A DNA stretch of 64,000 bases from an uncultured Verrucomicrobiae bacterium (GTDB taxonomy: Bacteria > Verrucomicrobiota > Verrucomicrobiia > Chthoniobacterales > Chthoniobacteraceae). Shown piece by piece: positions 50,733-60,176 of the stretch. Both the position numbers and the translations under genes were made by a program. Positions within the stretch are counted from its first letter, which is position 1. Each line of letters starts with the position of its first letter. The stretch is taken from contig CAVYKI010000009.1 in the NCBI GenBank assembly GCA_963769025.1, forward strand, positions 416,001-480,000. The letters are read 5' to 3'. Under the pieces are notes generated by a model. That model did not search any database and was not told where the DNA came from. It saw nothing but the letters and a program-made list of their open reading frames with translations.

Positions 50733-53705
50733 TCAGTTCACGTAAGCCGCCTCGTTCGAGAACAGCAGCACCTGCACGTACGTCTCCCAAGGCGACAGGA
50801 CTTTCCGCGTGACCATGGAACCTTCGTTCTGGATCGCGCTGAATTTGCTGTCTCCGCGCCGCATGCCGTTGCCGGGCCTGCCTTTTCCGGCGGATGCCGT
50901 CTTCGCGGCGATTTGCGCGGCCACTTCGGCCTGCAGCCTCGCCTCGGTCGTCAGGAATTTGTTGGCCATCTGGATTTCCTGCATCGTCGGATAACGCTGG
51001 AAGATGAGCCGGTAGATCGCGGAGATGCGGGAGAGTTCGTTGCTTTGGCGGGTGATTTCCGGGCGGGCGAGTACCTTGCGCGTCACATCCACCGCCATCG
51101 CGCTGTTCATCAGGAAAAGCGCCTGCTGGGGGACGATGCTCGTGCTGCGCTTCGAGTTCGGCATGTCGGGATCGCTGAAGTCAAAGTGCGCCATGAGCTC
51201 GGGGAGATTGCCGCGGTCGATGTAGCCATAGACGCTGCGGCGGTAGCTGTACGGTTCGTCAGTGAGATTGACCGGCTTTCCGCCCACGGTGCGGTCGAGG
51301 TCGCCGCTGTAAACAAGCAGGCTGTCGCGTGTCGATTCGAAATCCAGCCGGCGGACATTCGCGCGCCAGAGGAGACGGTTGCCGGGGTCGAGCGTCTCAT
51401 ATTCGGTCCGCGTGTGGCTGCTCTCCTGAAACACGCGGGACATCACGATGAGCTTGTGCAGCTTCTTCATGCTCCAGCCGGTGTCCATGAACCAGTTCGC
51501 CAGGAAGTCGAACAGCTCGGGATGCGTCGGCTTTTCCGACATCGTGCCAAGGTCGTCGGGCGTCCGCACGAACCCCTCGCCGAAGTGGTGCATCCAGACG
51601 CGGTTCACGATTACGCGCGCCGTCAGCGGATTGTCCTTCGATGCGATGCACGTCGCGAGTTCATATCGGCCGCTTCCCTTTGAAAACTCAATGGACTTCT
51701 GCCCGGGGCTCAGGATCTCGAGGAAGCCGCGCGGGACGATGGCACCGCGCGTCTGCTGCTGGCCGCGGATGAACACCGGCGAATTTACCGGACGGTCCTT
51801 GTCCTTCACGACCATCGCCCGCGCCGGGGCGCCGGGGTGCGTGATCTCGAGAAGGTTGATCGCAGCGAAGTCGAGCCGGCCGCGGCCCGCGATTCGCCGG
51901 GGGAAATTTTCCGTCGCTGCCTCGAGCCAGTTCTGCGTGAGCAGCACGGCGGGCGCCATCTCGAACGGCCCACGCAGCAGATCGATCATCGCCTCGTCGT
52001 ATCCTGGGACGGCGACCGACGCCGCATTCCGCATCGCCGGGATGAACCCCTTGCTCTTGGCCGCGAGGCTTTCGAAAAGCTGCGCGTAGGCCTCCACTGC
52101 GGCGTCAAAGGTCTTCGGCTGCGCCGCAGTCAGCGCGTTTTGCACGAGCGGATTCGTCCCGCTGCCGGCTCGCTTCGGCATCATCGCCGACATGCCGCCC
52201 TTCTCCGCCATCGGCCGGTTTGCGAACTTCATTCCGCCGCCGTTTCGGAATGACGAAAGCGGTCCCCACACCGACGGATTCTGCTGCATCCCGCGTCCGA
52301 TGAACTGCACCAGCTCTGCGTCGAGCTTGTATTGCTCGACCATCGCCTTCTGCGCCTCGTTGCCCCGGCCCTTGCCGCCGCCAGCCGTAGCCGCGCGGAT
52401 GTAGGCTCCCGGCACGCGGTAAAATTCCGCCAGCTCCTTGCCCACGAGGTCATAGTACTGGCCGCCGATGCCCTTGATCAGCGCCGTGTATTTCTTCTCA
52501 AAATCCTGCTGCTGCGCAGGGGTGGCCTTCATGCCGATGAGCGGCTTTTCCGACGGCTCGGTGATGCTCGCGAACACGCCGTGCAGCGCGTAGTAATCCT
52601 TCGTCGGGATCGGGTCGAACATGTGGTCGTGGCAACGCGCACACACGACGGTCATCGCAAGGAAGCCCTTGCTCACCACGTCGATGCGATCGTTGATGAT
52701 GTCGTTCGCATTTCCAAAGCGCTCGCCGACCGTGAGGAACCCAAGCGCCGCCAGCCGCGGGTCATTCGGTGAGATGCCGGGAATGAGGTCCGCCGCAAGC
52801 TGTTCGACGATGAAGTCCGTGTACGGCTTGTCGTCGTTGAACGCCTTCACGACGTAGTCGCGGTAAGTCCACGCATCCGCGTAACGGTAGTCCGAGTTCC
52901 GGTTCTGGTTCCGCGTCCCGCCGACCGTGTCCGCATAGCGTGCGGTGTCCAGCCAATGGCGCGCCCAGCGCTCGCCGTACGCGGGCGAGGCGAGCAGGCG
53001 ATCCACCACCTTCTCGTACGCATTCGGCGCCGTGTCGTTCATGAATGCCTCCGTCTCCGCGTAGGTCGGCGGCAGGCCGGTCAGGTCATACGTCACGCGC
53101 CTCAGCAAGGTCTCACGCGTTGCGTCCGGCGATGGCAGCATTCCGTTCGCTTCCAGCTTTTGCAGGATGAAGTTGTCGATCGGCGTGCGGCACCACTGCT
53201 GGTTCTTGTTGTTGGGAAAAGCGTGTCGGTCGGGAGGCTGGTAGGCCCAGTGCTTCCGCGCGCTGTCCGTCAGTCCGCTCAGCTTGGTTTTCTTCGCCTC
53301 GGCTTCCGTTCGGGGATCGGGCGCGCCCATTTTGATCCACGTGGCGACATCCGCGATCTGCTGCGCGCTGAGCTTGCCACCGCTGCTTGAGGGCGGCATC
53401 TGGAGATCGGTGTCCGTGTAAGTCAGCGCCGTGTACAACAACGATTTTTCCGGGTCACCCGGGACGATTGCCGGACCTCCGTCGCCGCCCTTTTGCCAGC
53501 CCACCTTCGAGTCCAGCGTCAGGTTGCCTTTCGATTTTCCAGACTGGAGGGAATGGCACTTGTAACACGTTTCCGAGAGGAGCGGACGAATTTTCCCCTC
53601 GAAAAAGTCGGTCTGTTCCTTCGTCAGTTCCGCGGTCGCCGCCGCACAGAGTGGCGCGGGGAGAATGGCGAGAATGCCTGCAATAATGCGCGGGGTGGTG
53701 CTCAT
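50733..53705 (-). CDS. Planctomycete cytochrome c / DUF1549 / DUF1553 (PSD1) protein
   Basis: FFEGKIRP..CYKCH, HWAYQP, LLRRVTYDLTGLPP, YGERWARHWLD, CARCHDH, NPLTARVIVNRVW, RRSVY. Confidence 0.92.
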   Translation of the reverse strand: MSTTPRIIAGILAILPAPLCAAATAELTKEQTDFFEGKIRPLLSETCYKCHSLQSGKSKGNLTLDSKVGWQKGGDGGPAIVPGDPEKSLLYTALTYTDTDLQMPPSSSGGKLSAQQIADVATWIKMGAPDPRTEAEAKKTKLSGLTDSARKHWAYQPPDRHAFPNNKNQQWCRTPIDNFILQKLEANGMLPSPDATRETLLRRVTYDLTGLPPTYAETEAFMNDTAPNAYEKVVDRLLASPAYGERWARHWLDTARYADTVGGTRNQNRNSDYRYADAWTYRDYVVKAFNDDKPYTDFIVEQLAADLIPGISPNDPRLAALGFLTVGERFGNANDIINDRIDVVSKGFLAMTVVCARCHDHMFDPIPTKDYYALHGVFASITEPSEKPLIGMKATPAQQQDFEKKYTALIKGIGGQYYDLVGKELAEFYRVPGAYIRAATAGGGKGRGNEAQKAMVEQYKLDAELVQFIGRGMQQNPSVWGPLSSFRNGGGMKFANRPMAEKGGMSAMMPKRAGSGTNPLVQNALTAAQPKTFDAAVEAYAQLFESLAAKSKGFIPAMRNAASVAVPGYDEAMIDLLRGPFEMAPAVLLTQNWLEAATENFPRRIAGRGRLDFAAINLLEITHPGAPARAMVVKDKDRPVNSPVFIRGQQQTRGAIVPRGFLEILSPGQKSIEFSKGSGRYELATCIASKDNPLTARVIVNRVWMHHFGEGFVRTPDDLGTMSEKPTHPELFDFLANWFMDTGWSMKKLHKLIVMSRVFQESSHTRTEYETLDPGNRLLWRANVRRLDFESTRDSLLVYSGDLDRTVGGKPVNLTDEPYSYRRSVYGYIDRGNLPELMAHFDFSDPDMPNSKRSTSIVPQQALFLMNSAMAVDVTRKVLARPEITRQSNELSRISAIYRLIFQRYPTMQEIQMANKFLTTEARLQAEVAAQIAAKTASAGKGRPGNGMRRGDSKFSAIQNEGSMVTRKVLSPWETYVQVLLFSNEAAYVN

Positions 53706-53896
53706 GGATTGGGGTAGGGGAGGACAGCCGCCGGGAGGTCGGCAGACTGCTTCCCTTTCATGTAGCACAAAGGCCGCCTGCACGAAGCAGTTTTCCGTCC
53801 TTTCCGAGGGTCGCGTTCGCCAGAGATTCACGCCTCAAAAACCGTGCGATGCTCAACGCAGTTGAATCCTCCCGCGCCGCCGCGTAATGACACGCC

Positions 53897-54658
53897 ATGC
53901 ACCGCTTCCTCGCGTTCACCTTGCTCATGCTCACCCTCCTGCCTGCGAGTGCCCTCAGCGATCGCGAGCTTTCCTCCATCGGCAAGCGCGTCTGGCAAAA
54001 TGAGTGCGGCGGCACCCGCGAAGGACTCACCTCATGGAACACGGGTGAAAATTTCGCATCCCTCGGCATCGGTCACTTCATCTGGTATCCGAAAGGTGTG
54101 CGCGGTCCGTTCGAGGAGAGCTTTCCCTCGCTCGTCCGCTTTCTCTCCGAAAACGGCGTGAAGCTCCCGGCATGGCTCAAGCCCGATGCCGATTGCCCGT
54201 GGCGGACGCGGGCGGAATTCCTCGCCGCCGGAAAGGGTCGCCAGATGACCGAATTGCGCGACCTTCTCGCCGACACCGTCACCCTGCAGAGCCGCTTCCT
54301 CGCCCGCCGCATGGAGCAGGCCCTGCCGAAGCTCCTCGCCGAAACATCCGCGAATCGCCGCGAACATGTCCGCAAGCAATTCGGCCGGCTTCTCGCGACG
54401 GAAAAGGGGACCTTCGCGCTCATCGATTACGTCAATTTCAAAGGCGAGGGCACCAACCCCGCGGAACGCTACGACGGCCAGGGCTGGGGTCTTCTGCAAG
54501 TCATCGAAGGCATGGAAGACGAAGGTCCCGCAGCCCGTGCCTTCGGGGATTCCGCCGCGCGCGTTCTCACTCGACGCGTGAAAAACTCCCCGCCCGAGCG
54601 CGACGAAGCCCGGTGGCTCCCCGGCTGGGTCCGACGCGTGGCCGCCTACGCCAATTAA
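53897..54658 (+). CDS. Secreted conserved hypothetical protein, possibly lysozyme-like
   Basis: Signal peptide; WQNECGG, SLGIGHFIW, DYVNFKGEG, WLPGWVRRV. Confidence 0.75.
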   Translation: MHRFLAFTLLMLTLLPASALSDRELSSIGKRVWQNECGGTREGLTSWNTGENFASLGIGHFIWYPKGVRGPFEESFPSLVRFLSENGVKLPAWLKPDADCPWRTRAEFLAAGKGRQMTELRDLLADTVTLQSRFLARRMEQALPKLLAETSANRREHVRKQFGRLLATEKGTFALIDYVNFKGEGTNPAERYDGQGWGLLQVIEGMEDEGPAARAFGDSAARVLTRRVKNSPPERDEARWLPGWVRRVAAYAN

Positions 54659-54730
54659 TCCCCGCTGGCAGGCGCCTCCTTCCGGCGGCGGCCCATTCGA
54701 TGTTGGACGGTGTGCCCGCGCGACGATTCC

Positions 54731-55156
54731 TTACGGGCGCTCCCGTGAGAGCTGCGCGAGCGTCGCCCGGCCGTTTTCAAAAAAGATCGTCGTCACTTCA
54801 TTGATCGTCGGGCGCGGCCCGAGACGGGTCTTCTCGGTAAAATTCCGCTGGTCGTTTGCCCCCGAGCCAAATGTGGAACCCACGTCATCGACAGGACTGA
54901 TGTCCACAAACCGCTCGTGCACGTACACCCACACGTCGCCGCCGCCATTCGTCCTCAGCGGTGCGCCCATCGCCAGTTGGACCTGTTCCTTCGTCATCCC
55001 CTCCACCGCGGAGCCACCCGGCATTTTTCCGGTCCGCAGGATTTCGCGATGCGCCGCCGAAAGCTCCGGATGCGCGCCGGCATATTGCGAACCGGGAGTC
55101 GAACAGCCCGCAATGCAGAGAGTGATGAGAAGCGAAACGACACAGGCGACCTTCAT
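54731..55156 (-). CDS. Lipoprotein with a SmpA/BamE-like motif
   Basis: Lipobox IAGC; GMTKEQVQLAMGAP...VWVY. Confidence 0.72.
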   Translation of the reverse strand: MKVACVVSLLITLCIAGCSTPGSQYAGAHPELSAAHREILRTGKMPGGSAVEGMTKEQVQLAMGAPLRTNGGGDVWVYVHERFVDISPVDDVGSTFGSGANDQRNFTEKTRLGPRPTINEVTTIFFENGRATLAQLSRERP

Positions 55157-55280
55157 AAGACCGCACTTTCCGTCAATGCGCCGCCGCAAGTCGAGGCGCA
55201 ACAGCCCGCATCCCGCTGACATCAATTCCTTGTGAACGCCGCCGCACCCGCGCTAGCATCGCTCAAACCGGACCCCCACC

Positions 55281-55700
55281 ATGCACGCCGTACCCACCAT
55301 CGTTCAGATCATCTTTTACATCGCAGCCATGCTCGCTCCCGAAGGCGCGACGCACATGACGCTCTCACCAGGTCCCGATGAATCGAAGCACTTTGCCAAG
55401 ACAGCAGCAGGTGGCTGGCTCCTCGCATCCGATGCATCCGAATGGAAAGTCACCATCGACACCGTGATCATCCAGCCGAAGAAGGCGGGCAGCAAAGACG
55501 AACGCCGCAGGGTCTCCACCTTCATCGACAAGGCCCCCGGCCTCGCGAACAAGCTGCGCACGCATGATTGGACCATGAAATCCACGCTCCATCTCTCCGG
55601 CGGATTCACCATCGACAAGACCGAGGACGGCTTCCGAATCCGAGGCGAGAAAGTGGAAGACACACCCGACGTGGATTTCCGCGTCGTGTATTCCAAGTAA
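55281..55700 (+). CDS. Hypothetical protein
   Basis: 139-aa ORF with host-like codon usage; no family recognised. Confidence 0.65.
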   Translation: MHAVPTIVQIIFYIAAMLAPEGATHMTLSPGPDESKHFAKTAAGGWLLASDASEWKVTIDTVIIQPKKAGSKDERRRVSTFIDKAPGLANKLRTHDWTMKSTLHLSGGFTIDKTEDGFRIRGEKVEDTPDVDFRVVYSK

Positions 55701-55933
55701 AAGCGGACACGGCCGGGCAGCTCCGGGGAAGGGGCAGGCCCCGCAACCGGGTTTGCGGGAGGCAGCGTTGTGAAACGACCGGCGCAGCCAGCGTGGCGCG
55801 GAATTTTTCCGAGGGCAGGAGATTCGGGACGGTGCGGTCGCAGGATGGCCGGGCTTGCAAGCAACACAGGCGTGGGTAAACATCCCCGGCTTCGCTGCAC
55901 GCAGCGGCATTTCCGGTCGTGTTGCCTCCAAAA

Positions 55934-56005
55934 GTCCCCGTAGTTCAACGGATAGAACGCTGGTTTCCTAAACCGGTGATGTGGGTTCGATTCCCGCCGG
56001 GGACA
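55934..56005 (+). tRNA. tRNA-Arg (anticodon CCT); CCA not encoded
   Basis: Acceptor GTCCCCG/CGGGGAC, D arm GTTC..GAAC, anticodon loop TTCCTAA, T loop TTCGATT. Confidence 0.95.
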
Positions 56006-56137
56006 TTTTGTTGAACGGATCGCAATCCGCGCTCATCCGAGGACCCGGGCGGGCGGTGAACGGCTGAACAGTGCGCTTTCGCCGGATGCTCCGCAAAGTA
56101 TTACGCCCACTCGACCGCTCAACCGCGAAGATCGGGT

Positions 56138-56311
56138 ATGCTAAAATACGCCATCATCTTCGCCATTGTTGCCCTGATTGCAGGCGCATTGGGGTTCACC
56201 GGAATCGCGGGGGCCTTTGCGGCAATCGCCAAGGTTCTCTTCTTCATCTGCCTTGTCATTTTCGTGGTTCTGCTCGTCGCCGCCATTTTCATTGGGAAAA
56301 AGCTTTTGTGA
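56138..56311 (+). CDS. DUF1328 / UPF0391 (YtjA-like) small membrane protein, 57 aa; absent from the ORF track
   Basis: [44 protein letters not shown]... Confidence 0.9.
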   Translation: MLKYAIIFAIVALIAGALGFTGIAGAFAAIAKVLFFICLVIFVVLLVAAIFIGKKLL

Positions 56312-56426
56312 ATGAGGCGGCGCAGCCTCCTGAACGCCCGCGTACTCGCAGCAGAAAAATACGACCAAACAGCGCTTTCGCGTGAGCGTGGCTCCCGTCA
56401 GGTTCCCGAGTACACGAACCACTGCC

Positions 56427-57053
56427 ATGACGCACACCACCATCACGCTCCCGCCGGAAGCTCCCATCATGGTTTTGCCCGGGGCGGTCCTTTTTCCAAA
56501 CACGATTCTCCCGCTCCGCATTTTCGAGCCCCGGTATCGCGCCATGCTCGAGTGGGCGCTGGAGCGCGACCGGATGTTCTGTGTGGCGCTCATGAAGCCG
56601 GGACTCACCGAGGCGGAAACCGAGGATCAGTTTTTTCACACCGCCGGCATCGGCCTCGTCGCGGCTTCGGTCACGCAGGCCGACGGTACGTCGAATCTCA
56701 TGCTGAATGGTTTGGCGCGTATGCGCTTAACCGGTTTCCCTCAGCGCGCGCCATTTCGAGTGGCGACGATCGAGCGGGTGACGGAGGTCGCCGCCTCCCC
56801 GGCGAGAGCTGAACCGCTCGTGGAAGCGCTTCGGGATCTGTGCTGCGCCATCACGGTGGATGGTTCCCGGCTGCCGGAGTCGTTCACGGAAGTTTTCGAA
56901 GAGATCGAGGACCCTGCCGTCCTCACGGATGCCGTCGCGAATTCGCTGGTGAGGGACGCCATGCAGCGTCAGCGCCTGCTGGAGCAAGCGGACCCGGTGG
57001 CCCGCCTCCGGGAACTCACGCGCATCCTCGGGGAGGAATTTCCGCGCGGGTAG
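56427..57053 (+). CDS. Stand-alone Lon protease N-terminal substrate-binding domain
   Basis: LPGAVLFP..LPLRIFEPRYRAML, DGTSNLMLNG, RQRLLE...RL. Confidence 0.9.
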   Translation: MTHTTITLPPEAPIMVLPGAVLFPNTILPLRIFEPRYRAMLEWALERDRMFCVALMKPGLTEAETEDQFFHTAGIGLVAASVTQADGTSNLMLNGLARMRLTGFPQRAPFRVATIERVTEVAASPARAEPLVEALRDLCCAITVDGSRLPESFTEVFEEIEDPAVLTDAVANSLVRDAMQRQRLLEQADPVARLRELTRILGEEFPRG

Positions 57054-57078
57054 CGCGATTGAAGCACACGTTCGGCCC

Positions 57079-57573
57079 GGCTTCGGCGGCTCACCGATTT
57101 TCTACGGAAACTTCGCGAAGGCGTTCCGCGAGACCAAGGATCACGAGGGGAATCCGTTCTGGTATCAGGGTCTGCTCTTCAACGAGTTTTACACCGCGCT
57201 GGACGGGAAGCAGCAGGAGAAGATCCTCGCCGGACGGGAGCCGCGTGGCGAGAAGCCGTCGGAGGTGATCCAGAAGCGGAAGGCGGACCTGCCGGGGCTG
57301 CCATGCGCGGAGTTGAGCAAGGATCAGCAGGCGAAACTGCTCGATACCATGCGGCGCATGCTCGCGTGTTTCCGGCCCGACGATGTCGCGGCGACGATGA
57401 AGACCATCGAGGACCGGAACATCCTCAGCCGGCTGTTTGTCTCCTGCTACGGCGGGGCTTTCGACATCGGCAGCGACAAGGTGTGGGACACCTGGCAGAT
57501 CGAGGGGCCGGACATGGTGTGGTATTTCCGCGGCGTGCCGCACATCCACACGTATTTCCATTTGGCGGTGTAG
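57079..57573 (+). pseudogene. 5'-truncated DUF3500-like gene remnant
   Basis: Frame reads GFGGSPIFYGN...GNPFWYQ...LDGKQQ...WQIEGPDMVWYFRGVPHIH. No room for the N-terminal half after the Lon-N gene. Confidence 0.65.
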
Positions 57574-57694
57574 GGAATCGAGCGGCGGGAGGCAGCCTGC
57601 CGAAGGCACCCCGCACCGCAGCGTCGAACGATCGCTCATCCTGCGGATGAAAACGCTGTTGAGCACGGCTCGGTTTCAGATCCATACTCGCGAG

Positions 57695-58477
57695 ATGAAA
57701 CGAAAAATGTTCCTCCCGTCTCTTCTCCTCCTCGCCGCATTACTGCCGGTCTCCTTTGCCGAGGAGAAGAAGCCGTCCGATGAAGGCTTCACGGTGATTT
57801 TCGACGGCAAGACGCTCAAAGGCTGGCATGTCAGCGCGAAGTCCGGGCACAGCCGCACGAGTGGGGGGAAGAGCGGCGGGAAGTGGGAGGTGAAGGACGG
57901 CGCCATCACTGGCACGCAGGATGTCCCGAAAAACGGCGGGCTGCTGCTCACGGATGAACTCTACGGCGAATTCGAGGTCGCGCTGGAGATGAACAACGAT
58001 TTCGGCCCGGACAGCGGCCTGTTTTTGCGGAGCACGGAAGAAGGCAAGTGCTACCAGGCGCTCGTGGATTATCACTCGGGCGGCAGCCTCATGGGCATCT
58101 ACGGCGAAGGGCTTGGCGGCAAGCCGCACCTGCGCTTTTTCAGCTTCGGAGCGACGCCCGACGCGATCGTGCTGCACCCCGACCGCACGCCGAGCGGCAT
58201 TCCCGTGGATGCGGACGGATGGAAGAAGCTGTGGAAGCACGGCGCGTGGAATGAACTCCGCGCGCGGATCACCGGTGGCGACAAGCCGACGATGACGACG
58301 TGGATCAACGGGGTGAAGATCATGGAGTGGACGGAGACGGAAGCGCGGTTGCCGGTGAAAGGCTCGATCGGCGTGCAAGTCCACGGCGGCGGCAAGCCGG
58401 AGGATTATGACGGGAAATTCGTCCGCTACCGGAACATCCGCGTGAAGCGCCTCGGGGCGGAGGCGGGAGGGAAGTGA
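57695..58477 (+). CDS. DUF1080 (3-keto-disaccharide hydrolase family)
   Basis: FDGKTLKGW, WEVKDG, DSGLFLR, WNE, IGVQVHG, YRNIRVK. Confidence 0.9.
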   Translation: MKRKMFLPSLLLLAALLPVSFAEEKKPSDEGFTVIFDGKTLKGWHVSAKSGHSRTSGGKSGGKWEVKDGAITGTQDVPKNGGLLLTDELYGEFEVALEMNNDFGPDSGLFLRSTEEGKCYQALVDYHSGGSLMGIYGEGLGGKPHLRFFSFGATPDAIVLHPDRTPSGIPVDADGWKKLWKHGAWNELRARITGGDKPTMTTWINGVKIMEWTETEARLPVKGSIGVQVHGGGKPEDYDGKFVRYRNIRVKRLGAEAGGK

Positions 58478-58568
58478 GAGTTGTGCAGACCCGGCGCCTG
58501 CGAGCGGGCGCGGTGATCAGTGGATCGTAATCCGGGAAGTCTCTGTGCGCGCGACGATGCGCGGGCGG

Positions 58569-59309
58569 CTACTTCTTCGCCGCGGAGTCGCCGAGGATTT
58601 TCTGCGCTTCGTCCGTGCCGATCTCGTGTACGAAAATGTTGCGCCAGCGGATTTCGCCGCCGTGGGTTTGGAGCATGATCGGGCCTTTGGTGGGCAGCGG
58701 CATTGTGCGGTCCCAGAAGTTCTCCATCACGTTGCCGTCCACGACGAGTTTGTCGTTGAGCCACACCCATGTGCGCGCACCGACTTGGCGGATGCGGAAG
58801 CTGTTCCATTCGCCGAACGCCCGATCCGCGAGCACGAGCGGGTCTCGGCCCGGCGTGTTCGGCGTATTGTTGAAAAGGCCGCCGGAGCCGAGGTGCGGTT
58901 TGCGGTCGGGCTTCTTGGGATCGAATACTTGGTTCTTGTCCCAGATTTGCACCTGCGGCGTGCCGCGCAGGTAGATGCCGCTGTCAGCGTGCGCCACGGT
59001 CTTGTATTCGACGAGCAGCTCGATGTCGCCAAGCTCCTCGTCGGTCGTCGCGTACGGGCCGGTGCCGCTGTTGACGAGTTCGCCATTTTCGACGGTCCAG
59101 TGTTTCGCGAAATCCTCGCGCTGTTGCTTGAGGTTTGCGTCCTTCTTTTCGCCGGTGAGTTTCGCCCCCGTGTGCGGGTTCAGTCCGTGCCAGCCGGTGA
59201 GATCCTTGCCGTTGAAGAGTGCGCGGAAACCTGTTGGCGGCGCGGGATCCGCCGCGTGGAGCGAACTGCATACGAGCGTAACGAGAAGGACGGGGAGAAT
59301 GAGTTTCAT
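58569..59309 (-). CDS. DUF1080 (3-keto-disaccharide hydrolase family)
   Basis: LFNGKDLTGW, DSGIYLRG, GEWN, LQTHG, WRNI. Confidence 0.9.
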   Translation of the reverse strand: MKLILPVLLVTLVCSSLHAADPAPPTGFRALFNGKDLTGWHGLNPHTGAKLTGEKKDANLKQQREDFAKHWTVENGELVNSGTGPYATTDEELGDIELLVEYKTVAHADSGIYLRGTPQVQIWDKNQVFDPKKPDRKPHLGSGGLFNNTPNTPGRDPLVLADRAFGEWNSFRIRQVGARTWVWLNDKLVVDGNVMENFWDRTMPLPTKGPIMLQTHGGEIRWRNIFVHEIGTDEAQKILGDSAAKK

Positions 59310-59525
59310 CGGGTTGGGGTGGTCGGGGAGATTTTCGAAACGTCGGAGATGCGCAGCAATCCCTCGGGAAGGACCCGTGAGGCGGCGATCTGCTATTTGC
59401 GAAGATGCACAGGCATTCGGTTTTTGACTGGTCGAGCGGATCCGATCTGAAACGACGGTGGGGGCGATTCGTGCCTTCTTCATCTGGTCTTCAGTTTCGT
59501 GCGCGACGATGCTGCCTGTCCACGC

Positions 59526-60176
59526 ATGCGCCTGCTCATTGTCGAAGACGAACCGGATCTGCTCAGCAGCCTCGCCGAGGCCCTGCGCGAGGATGGCTAT
59601 GCCGTCGATGAGGCGCCCGATGGCGAGGAGGGCATGACGAAGGCGCTCCACTGCGACTACGATGCGATCGTGCTGGATGTGATGCTGCCGAGGATCAGCG
59701 GGTTTGCGGTCTTGGAACGGCTCCGGGTGCGAAAGAAGACGCCCGTGCTGATGCTCACTGCGCGCACGCGCACGCCGGATCGCGTGCGGGGATTGGACAG
59801 CGGGGCGGATGATTACCTCGCAAAGCCGTATGAACTGCCGGAGCTCCTTGCGCGCATCCGCGCACTCGTCCGGCGGGCGGCTGGGAATGCAACCGCGGTG
59901 CTGAAAATCGGCGACGTGACAGTGGACCTCGCGGGCCACACCGTGACGCAGGACGGTGAGCCTGTGGCGCTCACGGCGCGGGAGATTTCCCTGATCGAAT
60001 ATCTCGCCCAACATCGCGGACGCGTGATCACGCGGGAGCAGCTTTACGAGCATCTCTTCGACGAAAACGACAGCAGCCTTTCCAACCTGCTAGACGTCCA
60101 TGTTTCCAATGTCCGCAAAAAACTCGGGCATGAGTTTGTCGCCACCCGCCGCGGGCTGGGCTACTGCATCGAGTGA
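59526..60176 (+). CDS. OmpR/PhoB-family response regulator
   Basis: LLIVEDE, LDVMLP, MLTAR, GADDYLAKP, TRRGLGY. Confidence 0.95.
   Translation: MRLLIVEDEPDLLSSLAEALREDGYAVDEAPDGEEGMTKALHCDYDAIVLDVMLPRISGFAVLERLRVRKKTPVLMLTARTRTPDRVRGLDSGADDYLAKPYELPELLARIRALVRRAAGNATAVLKIGDVTVDLAGHTVTQDGEPVALTAREISLIEYLAQHRGRVITREQLYEHLFDENDSSLSNLLDVHVSNVRKKLGHEFVATRRGLGYCIE

Noticed and set aside
55934..56005. tRNA as the integration site of an island
   Set aside because: No integrase and no duplicated tRNA 3' end noticed in the window.
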